Assembly: GCA_965229705.1 (NCBI GenBank)
Contig: OZ245922.1
Coordinates: 690,001 to 722,000, forward strand
DNA length: 32,000 nt
From: Candidatus Saccharimonadota bacterium
Lineage (GTDB): Bacteria > Patescibacteriota > Gracilibacteria > BD1-5 > UBA6164
Direction of reading: 5' to 3'
Position numbers and translations under genes: made by a program. Within the stretch, counting starts at the first letter, position 1. Each line of letters starts with the position of its first letter. The notes under the pieces were generated by a model, which saw nothing but the letters and a program-made list of their open reading frames with translations, had not been told where the DNA came from and made no database searches. Below are positions 18,672 to 28,758 of this stretch, piece after piece.

Positions 18672-21212
18672 CTACTCTTCTTCTTCACTCTCACGAATCA
18701 CGCTGGCACGAACAATCTCATCTCCTGCATCTTTGAGCTTAGTGAGTATCACTCATTGTGTCACTCGTGATGTGAGTCTCACTCCCTTGAGACTTAAGCG
18801 TATTGTTTGTCACGCCTTAGATATGAGGAGGACATCACTATTTTTCTTATCTTCTTCTGTGAGTATTTTTGCCGATACAAGTTTTCCTGTTTTTGCGGTC
18901 ACTGCCATAGCTTTGACTCCTGCTCATCATCGTTTTTGATTACGGTATTCCTCTATATCTGTGATCTTTCACAGACCATTTTGTGTTGAGATAAATACAA
19001 ACTTATTTTCTTCTCCCACGACTGCTACCTCGATCACATAGTCATGATTTTTTAGTCCAATACCCTTGACTCATGCAGCAGCTCTTCACATCGGTCGAAC
19101 ATCTTCTTCGTGAAACTGGATAGCTTTTCCTTCACGCGTTGCAATAAAAATACTATCATTTCCTGTTGTAGTTTTGACCCACTTGAGTTCATCTCCCTCT
19201 TTTACTCCAACTACCTTGAGACCATTGGCTCTGATATTTCTCACAAGATCCATATTGAGTTTTTTTACTACTCCCATTTCTGAAACAAAGAAGAGGTATG
19301 TATTTTTTTCACGAGTGATATCAAGGATTGCTGATATTTCCTCTCCTTTTTGCAGATTGAGCAGATTCACAATTGCCTGTCATTTTGCAATGCGCGAAGT
19401 CTCTGGTATCTCGTAGGCTGGGAGAGAAAATACGCGTCACTGACTGGTAAAAAATAGCAGGTCAGCATGGTTGGTTGTTGGGACAACGAGATAGATTTCA
19501 TCATCTTCTTTTGTGGCTGTAGTAATTCATTTTCCTCATCTTCTTTGTGTACGAAAAGCACTTGACTTGAGACGCTTTACATAGTTATTTTTTGTTAAAA
19601 CAACAACAACATCTTCGTTTGGTATAGTATCCTTTGCATTAAACTCTCATACTTTTCCTAGTTGTACTTGCGTTCTTCTCTCATCACCATATGACTCTTT
19701 GATCACATCAAGTTCTCCGTCAATAATTGCCACAATCCTCTCTGGTTTTGCCAAAATATCTTGAAGATCTGCTATGAGTTCCAGCTTTGCTTTGAGTTCG
19801 TCTTCCACTTTTTGCCTTTCAAGACCTGCAAGTTTTTGAAGTCTCATCTCAAGTATTGCATCTGCTTGGAGATCAGAAAGATCAAAATTTGCTATCAGAT
19901 TTTCTTTTGCTTCCTCCTTTGTTTCACTGGCTCGAATCGTTTTGATAATAGCATCAATATGATCAAGAGCTTTTTTGAGTCCTTCGAGTATATGTGCTCG
20001 CGCCTGCGCAATCTTGAGTTCGTACTGGGTGCGACGCGTGACTACCTCTTTTCTGTGCTGGAGAAACTCCAATAACATTTCTTTGAGGTTATAGAGTCGC
20101 GGTTGCATTCATCTATCTCCGAGAGCAATCATGTTGTAGCCAAAACTTGTTTGCAGTGATGTGAGCTTGTAGAGCTGGTTCAAAATCTTTTTTGGAAAAC
20201 TATCTTTTTTGAGTTCCACGATAACTCTTACTCCGTCTTTATTTGATTCATCACGGATATCTGAGATTCCTACTATTTTTTTATCTCGTACGAGCTCTGC
20301 CATTTTTTCCACAAATGTGGACTTGTTCATTCCAAAAGGTACTTCAGATATATGAATATATTTTCTTCCTTTCGTATTTTCTTCAATATTTGCAACTCAA
20401 CGAATAGTGACAGATCCTCTTCCTGTAGAATATGCCGTAAGAAGCGCTTGCTTATCATACACTATTCCTCCTGTTGGAAAATCTGGTCCCTTGATATACT
20501 CCATCAGATCTTCTATACTGACTTCATCAACACTTGGATGAAGCAGGAGGTATTTGAGCGCTCATACAAGTTCTGTGAGATTGTGAGGAGGAATATTTGT
20601 TGCCATACCAACTGCAATACCCATCACTCCACTCATCAAGAGGTTTGGAATCCTATTTGGAAGGACGGTTGGCTCTACTTCATTGGCATCATAATTTGGT
20701 CGAAAATCAACGGTTTCTTTCTCAATATCTGAGAGCATATTTTCGGCAATCTTGGTCATCTTTGCTTCTGTATACCTCATCGAAGCAGCTCCGTCTCCAT
20801 CCATAGATCCAAAGTTTCCCTGCCCATGAACGAGTGGATAACGCAAAGAAAAATCTTGCGCCATACGAACCATTGCCTCATATACCGAAGTATCTCCGTG
20901 TGGATGATATTTTCCGAGTACGTCACCGACAACTTTTGCGGATTTTCGAAACTTTGCGCTACTTCTTAGACCATTTTCATGCATCGCGTAGAGGATACGC
21001 CTATGAACAGGCTTGAGTCCATCTCTCACGTCAGGTAAAGCTCGCGAAACAATAACGCTCATCGCATAGTCAATATAACATTCCTGCATCTCATCTCCGA
21101 TATTTCTCGCCGTATCTCCTTCATATACAATATCTGCTTCTCGTGGTTCTGGCTGGTGTGAGTCTTGATGTTCTTCTGTATCCTTAATATCCATATTTTC
21201 GTTTTCTGACAT
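18672..21212 (-). CDS. gyrA: DNA gyrase subunit A
   Basis: 846 aa: [61 protein letters not shown] (catalytic Tyr), [18 protein letters not shown], and C-terminal beta-pinwheel repeats. Track fragments 20562-21212, 20109-20330, 19647-20108 and 19086-19370 are in frame. Confidence 0.95.
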
Positions 21213-21358
21213 GATTATTAGTAATTCTTAAAGTAAAAAATATACATGCAAAATATATGAATATATTGGCTTTTTACAAGGAAAAAAGAGCCTTTTTTTG
21301 GTATTTTTTTATTCTTGTCTACAATACAAAAAATACCTCTTGAAAAATACTCTTACAT

Positions 21359-22624
21359 ATGAAAGCTATTATCCTCGCTGCAGGAAAAGGAACCCGACTC
21401 CAACCACTCACTCTTGATGTCCCAAAAGCAATGGTAGAAGTTTATGGAAAACCTCTATTAGAACATAATATAAATAAACTCTTCCCCTTTGTAGATGAGT
21501 TTATTATTGTGGTAAAGTACAAAAAAGAAGTGATTATCGAGTATTTTTGAGACGAGTATCAGTGAAAAAAAATACACTATCACGAACAAGGAGAAAAGCA
21601 AGGTACAGCGTGAGCACTTGAGTGAATACATATATCATGAGACTGCTTTATTATATCATCAGATAGTATATATCATCAGCAAGATATCAATATGATAGCT
21701 ACATATGATGGTTATGCGGCTCTATGCCAAGAGGTAGAGAACCCTGAAAAGTGGGGAATATTTCAAATATCTCCGCATGATCATACTATCGAAAAAGTTA
21801 TCGAAAAACCTCACACATATGTCTGAAATCTCGCACATCTTTCCTATCTCAAGTGCCATAGTGAAATGATAACCTTGTGCGACTGAATAGAAGTATCCTC
21901 AAGATGAGAATATGAACTCACTGATGTTATCAACATTTTTATCAAAAAATTTCCACTCAAGGCTCTGAAGTTGCAGCAGAGTTTTATTGATATTACTGCT
22001 ATGCAAGATCTTGAGAAAGCAAATACCATTGAAAAACCTCCTCTATGACACACTCGCTACATAGAAAATATCGGAAGTTATGAAGTACATGTTTGAATTC
22101 CCCAAAATGGCATTCAAGAAATCCTAAGCTACTCACAAGATACTCGTGATATAGCGCTCCAAAAATGAACCAGTGATGGGAAAAAACGCTTCACCAGTCA
22201 TAAAAATATCTCAAAATGGTACCATGACACTGACAGATACCCTTTCACACTTCTTTCAGAAGACGGAACTGTCGCTGGTCTTTGGTGGGGGAGACCAGCA
22301 AAAATGCCCATCATTCATGAAGTTCTCAACAATCATCTCTACAAAATGATAAAAGATCATTCTGATAATATCCATACGAGCGCTATTCGTATCTACCCTT
22401 TTGCTCGAGGAAAAAAACTCGCAAGCCCCTTTATAGAAGTTTGCGAGAGATGCTACAAGCAAATATTTACAGATATATATATGTGTGATGATATCAGTGA
22501 GACAAATATTCCCTCACAAAAAGCCGTTGAGCGCCTTGGCTATCAAAAAGTCTGATACGGGAAAAATATCAATAATTCTCTCTCTTGAGATGAGAGAAGG
22601 TTTGTATATACAAAAAAGTGGTAA
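21359..22624 (+). CDS. Nucleotidyltransferase (sugar-1-phosphate NTP-transferase fold) fused to a GNAT-like acetyltransferase domain
   Basis: 421 aa; the frame was checked codon by codon. N-terminus [28 protein letters not shown] (G.G.R...K signature). The C-terminal third, [24 protein letters not shown]...[16 protein letters not shown], resembles the GNAT acetyl-CoA-binding core. Confidence 0.8.
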
Positions 22625-22631
22625 ACCATCA

Positions 22632-22707
22632 TGGAGCCACTAACGAGGCTTGAACTCGTGACCTCTCCCTTACCATGGGAACGCTCTACCAACTGAGCTA
22701 TAGTGGC
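22632..22707 (-). tRNA. tRNA-Thr (anticodon GGU) with encoded CCA
   Basis: GCCACTA-TA-GCTC-AGTTGGTA-GAGC-G-TTCCC-ATGGTAA-GGGAG-AGGTC-ACGAG-TTCAAGC-CTCGT-TAGTGGC-T-CCA. It folds by hand into a canonical 76-nt cloverleaf with GGT at positions 34-36. Confidence 0.9.
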
Positions 22708-22741
22708 AAAAAATCATTCTTTTACAGAATGATTTTTTTTG
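22708..22741 (-). terminator. Perfect 13-bp hairpin flanked by A-run and T-run (terminator-like or processing hairpin)
   Basis: AAAAAATCATTCT (22708-22720) pairs with AGAATGATTTTTT (22726-22738) around the loop TTTAC. It lies between the rpmA stop (22742-22744) and the tRNA 5' end (22707). Confidence 0.5.
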
Positions 22742-23014
22742 TTATACCACTGAGACATAGGTTTCTTTGTATACTCTTCCATCGAATCTCACTCGTTTTT
22801 TTTCAGAGTATTGTACATGCCCCTGTTTTTCAGCGTAGAGGGTAAAATCAGATCCCTGTCCAACACCTTCTGCTGGCCAGTATTTATTTCCTTTTTGTCG
22901 AACAATAATTCCTCCAGCCGCTACTGGTCTTCCTCCATATATTTTTATTCATAGTCGTTTGGCATTACTATCACGACCATTATTGGTGGATCATTGGGCT
23001 TTTTTGTGAGCCAT
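22742..23014 (-). CDS. rpmA: 50S ribosomal protein L27
   Basis: 90 aa: MAHKKAQ(G)STNNGRDSNAKRL(G)IKIYGGRPVAAGGIIVRQKGNKYWPAEGVGQGSDFTLYA. Confidence 0.95.
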
Positions 23015-23046
23015 AATTATCTTGTTTAAAGTATAAGGTAATCTTT

Positions 23047-23484
<438 letters not shown>

Positions 23485-23638
23485 AATACTCCAGTAATAA
23501 ATAAAATACTTTTTGATTTCAAGAAATTTTTCAGCTACTGCCTAGCTTACTCTTAAATCAAAAGCCATAGTGTGATACTATGAAACTCAAGAAATATATT
23601 TGCCATTGATATATATTTCTCAATGCCTCACAGTATTT

Positions 23639-24061
23639 TTAAGACTTTGGTTTTTTTGCTCCATAGAGTGATCTCCCCTGTTTTCTGTCTTTTACTCCTT
23701 CGCAGTCCAAAACTCATCTCACAACATGATACTTCACCCCTGGAAGATCCTTTACTCTTCCTCATCGAATCGCGACAACTGAATGCTCTTGGAGATTATG
23801 TCCTTCTCATCCAATATAAGCATTTACCTCATATCCATTTGTCAGTCTTACTTTTGCTACTTTACGCAAGGCTGAGTTTGGTTTTTTTGGCGTCATAGTT
23901 GTCACCTTAGTACATACTCCTCGTTTCATCGAACACCCTTTTGGAAGTTCTGTTATTTTTCCTCTCTTGAGGGAGTTTTTGAGTACCTGAAGAGCAGGAG
24001 ATTTAGATTTTTTTATTTTATCTTTTCTCGGTTTTTTTACGAGTTGACTAATAGTAGGCAT
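23639..24061 (-). CDS. rpsL: 30S ribosomal protein S12
   Basis: 140 aa: [12 protein letters not shown]...[25 protein letters not shown](G)[14 protein letters not shown](G)[15 protein letters not shown](G)[15 protein letters not shown]. All three TGA fall on positions that are Gly in E. coli S12. Confidence 0.97.
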
Positions 24062-24098
24062 TTTAAAAGTATAAGGAAAATATTTGTAATATATAAGA

Positions 24099-24488
24099 TT
24101 AACGCTTTGACCATGATGGCGACTTTCTCGCTTTTTTGAGACCTGGTTTCTTTCTCTCTACCTTTCGAGCATCACGAGTGAGCATTCCTGCAGCTTTAAG
24201 GAGAGTTCTATGACTACCTTCTTTTTCTGCAAGAGCCCGAGCCAATCCATGAGCGATAGCTCCGGCTTGAGCACTTTCACCAGATCCTTGAACATCTACC
24301 GTAAAATACACATCTCTATCAACTTTACACAGCTTGAGTGGAGCGAGAGCAATTTCAAATAGATCTTTTCTATGAATGTACTCTCTCATAGATTTTCCAT
24401 TGATAACATTTTCTCATTTTCCATCATACAAGCGTACTTGAGCAGATGCTGTTTTTTTTCTTCCTACCTTATAGGTGTATTGAGACAT
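24099..24488 (-). CDS. rpsI: 30S ribosomal protein S9
   Basis: 129 aa: [24 protein letters not shown](G)[12 protein letters not shown]...[19 protein letters not shown]...[27 protein letters not shown]. Confidence 0.95.
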
Positions 24489-24498
24489 AGATAATAAA

Positions 24499-24930
24499 TT
24501 ATAAAGTTAAGGTTTCTGGTTTTTGAGCCGTATAATTATGCTCATTTCCAACACATAATTTGAGTCTTTTTTGCATATCTTTTCGTAGCTTGTTTTTTGG
24601 AAGCATCCCACTTACTGCTAACTCCAAAGCCTTAGTTGGTTTTTTTGATAACATTTTCTCCAGTGGTGTCGAAACAAGACCTCCAAGATATCCTGTATGT
24701 CTATGGTACATTTTATCTCTCATTTTGTTTCCCGAAACTGCAAATTTATCAGCATTGAGAACAATCACATAATCTCCATTATCCATATGTGGAGAAAAAT
24801 CGACTCTATCCTTTCCTCGTATCTTACGAGCAATAAGGGTTGCAAGACGACCAAGCGTATGGCCTTGCGCGTCAATGACATACCATTTTCTCTCTTGAGA
24901 TGGAAGTTGTTTTGGTGTAATAGTTTTCAT
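24499..24930 (-). CDS. rplM: 50S ribosomal protein L13
   Basis: 143 aa from the internal ATG (MKTITPKQLPSQERKWYVIDAQGHTLGRLAT...). The track start at 24960 would overlap the rplQ stop by 8 nt and would add 10 residues (MYNTFKRDKI) ahead of the canonical MKT... start. Confidence 0.9.
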   Translation of the reverse strand: MKTITPKQLPSQERKWYVIDAQGHTLGRLATLIARKIRGKDRVDFSPHMDNGDYVIVLNADKFAVSGNKMRDKMYHRHTGYLGGLVSTPLEKMLSKKPTKALELAVSGMLPKNKLRKDMQKRLKLCVGNEHNYTAQKPETLTL

Positions 24931-24952
24931 AATTTTATCTCTCTTAAAGGTA

Positions 24953-25315
24953 TTATACAAGCTCTAAAGCAACAAGTTTTGCATTATCTCCGTCTCGATA
25001 CTTTATCGGAGTTATGCGAGTAAAACCAGAAGTTTTTTTGTCTTTATATTTTGGAGCAACATTTTGAAATAGCTCCTTACTTGATTCCTCAGTAAATAGA
25101 TACTGCATCACATATCGTATAGCATTCATTTCATCTTTGGTGTTTACCGCATTAATCATCTTATCTACCATCGGAATAAGAGATTTTGCTTTTTTTTCTG
25201 TTGTTTTTATCCCTTTATGGAGAAACAATGAGGTCAAAAGATTTCTTTGCATCGCTTTTCGATGCTGAAAACTTTTTCCGTTAAACTTTAGATGTTTTCT
25301 GACTTTATGTCTCAT
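24953..25315 (-). CDS. rplQ: 50S ribosomal protein L17
   Basis: 120 aa intact in the track: MRHKVRKHLKFNGKSFQHRKAMQRNLLTSLFLHKGIKTTEKKAK...GFTRITPIKYRDGDNAKLVALELV. Confidence 0.95.
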   Translation of the reverse strand: MRHKVRKHLKFNGKSFQHRKAMQRNLLTSLFLHKGIKTTEKKAKSLIPMVDKMINAVNTKDEMNAIRYVMQYLFTEESSKELFQNVAPKYKDKKTSGFTRITPIKYRDGDNAKLVALELV

Positions 25316-25347
25316 GGTTCAATATAAAAATAGTAATAAAGATTCTT

Positions 25348-26328
25348 TTAGTCGTCTCCAAGGAGCTTGAGTCATCTTTCACTGAGAGAAGATCGTATCT
25401 CTGTCATAGCCTTTTTTCCAAATCATTTTATAGAAGAAAGTTTTGTTTCTGTACACTTTGTGAGTTGCTCTATAGAAAGAATATTTCCATTAATTAATGC
25501 GTTGAGAGTTCTTGGAGAAAGCCCCATAATCTCAATCGGAGTATAACTCTCTTTTTCCAGTTCTTCTTTTACTTCTTCTTTTTCTTTATTGAGAAGGTCT
25601 TTTATGTCTCCTATAAATTCTCATTCTACCTGCAATGCTTCTTCATTAAGAAGAGAGAAGTACGATTGGAGCATATTTCCCGAAAACTTGAAAACATCTA
25701 CTGGAGAAAGAGCCCCATTTGTTGTAATCGTCATCTCTATTGCATCAAGGTTTGTGAGGTCACCAACACGAGTTGGAGAAACATCATATTTTACATTGAG
25801 TACTGGTGAAAAGTTCGCATCCATAAGGAGTACTTGTACGTCTTCTTCTTTTTCTTTGAGTTCTTCTACAGAAATATATCATGCATTTTTTTCTAATCGG
25901 ATTTCAATATCAAGTTCTAGCTTATCCTGATCTATTTCCGTGATATACATATCAGGGTTGAGGATAGTGATATCTGATGGAAGCGTGATATCAGCAGCTG
26001 TAACTGTTCCTTTTTTATTTTTCTTCAGAGATACCCATTGTGGTCCTAATTCTTTTTTGTCTAAAATCAGTCCTTTGAGGTTGAGCATAATATCTAAAAC
26101 CGTATCTTTCACACCAGGAAGTGAGTCATATTCGTGGCTCACTCATTTTACTCGAACTCCTGTAACACAAGTACCAGGTACTGATGAAAGAGCAACTCTT
26201 CGTATAGCATTTGCTAGGGTTACCCCATATCCTCTTGGAAGGGGTGAGAGTGTAAATATAGACGAATTTTTACCGGCACTATTTTGAGTAATTTTTGGAA
26301 CTCAGATGACATTGTGGAGAATATGCAT
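25348..26328 (-). CDS. rpoA: DNA-directed RNA polymerase subunit alpha
   Basis: 326 aa: [49 protein letters not shown], and alpha-[23 protein letters not shown]...IK(G)FGKKAMTEI. Confidence 0.95.
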
Positions 26329-26384
26329 AATGTTGTATTTTTGGGAGATAAACTAAGAAAGTCTGAGAGAAAATAACAAAATGA

Positions 26385-27008
26385 TTATTTTGAGTAAAAC
26401 TCAACTATTTTTTGTATATCAATTATCTGTTCAAAGTCTTCCTTCTCAGGAAGTTCATTAACGGTAATTTTCAAGTTCTTAATATCTACATCTATCCACT
26501 TGGCGCTAGATATCTTTCCTTTTGCATCTTTTGCAAATTCTTCTAGTTCTTCCAAAAGAGATTTGTATAGTGGTGATTCTTTGAGTTTTGTTCGAAGTTC
26601 TATGATGTCTCATTTTTTGAGAGAAATAGAAGGAATCGTTACCTTCACTCCATTGAGAGTAAAATGAGCATGGCTCACAAACTGGCGAGCTTGCATTCGT
26701 GTTCTTGCAAATCCTGATCTATACACGACATTATCAAGCCGAAGCTCTAAGAGTTGTAACATCTTTTCTCATGTTGTACCCGCACTATGAGATTTTTGAG
26801 CCTTTTTAAAGTATGAAAGAAACTGTTTTTCTGAGAGTCAGAACATTCTTTTTGCTCATTGTTTTTTTCGAAGTTGTACTCCAAACTCTGATGATTTTCG
26901 ACTTCTGAGCACTCATCGTTTTCCAGTATCAATATCATATTTCTCTGTTCCAAAGAGGTTTATCCCCTCTCTTCGACAAAGTTTTTTCTTTGGTCCGGTA
27001 TATCTCAT
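26385..27008 (-). CDS. rpsD: 30S ribosomal protein S4
   Basis: 207 aa: [20 protein letters not shown]..., [41 protein letters not shown] (S4 RNA-binding domain). Track ORF 26747-26953 is out of frame with it. Confidence 0.95.
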
Positions 27009-27063
27009 GATATATATTGCGTTATAAAGTAATTGATTGTGTTGTGTTTATCCTCCAAGATTT

Positions 27064-27441
27064 TTACATCCTTCGAGCCTTTTTCTTTCTGCAGCCATTA
27101 TGTGGAACAGGAGTTACATCATAAATAGCTCTCAGATCAACGCCTGCTGATATGAGTCATCGAATTGCTTGTTCTCTTCCTACCCCAATACCTTTTATGT
27201 ATACATCTACTACCTCTAGACCATGAAGCGTCTTTGCCTTTTCTACCGCTTGCTCCGAAGTCATTTGTGCAGCATAAGGAGTTGACTCTCTTGCTCCCTT
27301 AAAACCAGCAGATCATCCACTCGACCATGTAAGGACATTTCCTTGTTCGTCAGTAATACTCACAATAGTATTATTAAACCCTGCCATGATATGCGCCTGA
27401 CCTATCTGAACAACTTTTCTTGTTTTTTTACTTTTCGCCAT
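27064..27441 (-). CDS. rpsK: 30S ribosomal protein S11
   Basis: 125 aa: [28 protein letters not shown](G)[17 protein letters not shown]...[13 protein letters not shown](G)[23 protein letters not shown]. Confidence 0.95.
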
Positions 27442-27465
27442 AAATATATCAAAAACTATAAAATA

Positions 27466-27834
27466 TTATTTTTTCTTTCCTGCAATTGCGACACTCTTTC
27501 CTTTTCGAGTACGAGCATTTGTTTTTGTATTTTGTCATCTTACTGGAAGTCTTTTTTGGTGTCTGATTCCTCTATAACATCGTATTTCTCTGAGTCTCTT
27601 TATATTTCCTGAAAGGAGTCTTCTCAGATCCCCTTCTACAATGTATTTTTTTACCTCATCACGAATCAGATCGAGCTCTGCCTCACTACAATCATCAATC
27701 TTTTTTGTTCTCGCAATCTTAACGGTATCAAGAATTTTTTGAGCTGTTGTTCTCCCTACTCCATATATATAGGTAAGTGCAATTTCTGCATGTTTTCCAC
27801 TTGGAAGAATAATACCAGCAATTCGAACTGCCAT
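27466..27834 (-). CDS. rpsM: 30S ribosomal protein S13
   Basis: 122 aa: MAVRIAGIILPSGKHAEIALTYIYGVGRTTAQKIL...IRCYRGIRHQKRLPVR(G)QNTKTNARTRKGK. Confidence 0.95.
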
Positions 27835-27875
27835 AGTTATGTATGGTAAAATAATTAAATTATCAATAAAAATAT

Positions 27876-28001
27876 CTATCCTTGTCTTTGCTTACACTTA
27901 GGATTTTCACATATAACTCGAACACATTTCTTTCCCTTAAATGGTCTACTCACAATTTGGCATTTTTGACATATTTTTTTTACTCCTGTTCGTACTTTCA
28001 T
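27876..28001 (-). CDS. rpmJ: 50S ribosomal protein L36
   Basis: 41 aa: [41 protein letters not shown] (zinc-ribbon C..C...C....C pattern). Confidence 0.95.
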   Translation of the reverse strand: MKVRTGVKKICQKCQIVSRPFKGKKCVRVICENPKCKQRQG

Positions 28002-28032
28002 AATGTGTTATTTATAATAATAAATTCGATTC

Positions 28033-28299
28033 TTAAGAGGCTGTTGAACTACCTTCTTGATGAGTTGATGATGTCGGAAGTCTGTAGGTTATTCTTCACT
28101 TTTCTGGATCATAAGGACTCAACTCTATAGTCACTCTATCCCCTTCAATGAGTTTAATATAGTTTTTCCGCATATTTCCACTGAGATGTCATCTCACAGT
28201 TCATCATCATAAATTCTCTGGTAATTGTACTTCAAAAACCAGACCGGGTAGAGACTGAGTAATAGTGCCTTCTACCTCTATTTTATCTTCTTTTGACAT
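28033..28299 (-). CDS. infA: Translation initiation factor IF-1 with a C-terminal tail
   Basis: 88 aa: [30 protein letters not shown](GGG)TVR(G)[30 protein letters not shown](G)[21 protein letters not shown]1-like fold motifs are conserved. Three consecutive TGA codons lie at 28201-28209. Confidence 0.9.
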
Positions 28300-28370
28300 G
28301 TATACTTTGAGTTAAAAGCTCGCGAATTCTATAGAAAACGAAAAGGATTGCAAATTTTTTTGAAACTTTT

Positions 28371-28757
28371 TTATACCCTCACTCTTTCTTCTATAATTTT
28401 TCTCATCTTTGCATGGAGTTTAGGGTATTTTTCAAACATTTGATTCATAGAAAATGATATAATAACGAGCAATTTTGTTGGTCATAGAGAAACAGCGCTC
28501 GCATTTCTTTTTTGGTCTTGAAATAAAAAAGCTATTTCTCCAAGTATATCTCACGAAGAAAGAGTGGCGCATTGCTCTCATCACTTCATTATAGCGCATG
28601 ATCCCTGCAGGATAAGATACATAGCTTGGGCTTCTTCTCCCTCTTCAAAGAGTACTTCACCATCTGAGAGATACTTCTCTTGGCAGAAGCTTGAGAGTAT
28701 TTCTTGATCTGAAGTTGAGAGATCAGAAAAAAGTAAAAAGTCCTGAAGATGATTCAT
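28371..28757 (-). CDS. Stand-alone cyclic-nucleotide-binding (CAP effector-type) domain protein
   Basis: 128 aa from ATG 28757 (TTG 28766 is an alternative start): FLLFSDLSTSDQEILSSFCQEKYLSDGEVLFEEGEEAQAMYLILQGSCAIMK(GG)EQCATLSS(G)DILGEIAFLFQDQKRNASAVSL. This fits the cNMP-binding pattern (F..L....L........G..L...G........G......G...GE.A......R.A...A). No HTH or other output domain follows. Confidence 0.75.
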
Positions 28758-28758
28758 A

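Noticed and set aside
23639-24061. UGA=Trp (table 4) or selenocysteine as the explanation for in-frame TGA
   Set aside because: The three TGA in S12 align with Gly in E. coli S12, and the same holds in S7, IF-2 and SufS. TGG is still used for Trp. TGA is far too frequent for Sec (about 64 in one gene), and runs such as TGA TGA TGA do not fit Sec.
24931-24960. Upstream ATG at 24960 as the rplM start
   Set aside because: It would add MYNTFKRDKI ahead of the canonical MKT... start and would overlap the rplQ stop. I kept the internal ATG at 24930, with the upstream one as a possible alternative.
26747-26953. Track ORFs 26747-26953 (-) and 12355-12561 (-) as separate genes
   Set aside because: Both are out of frame with, and fully inside, rpsD and alaS respectively. 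The table-25 frames of those genes are continuous.
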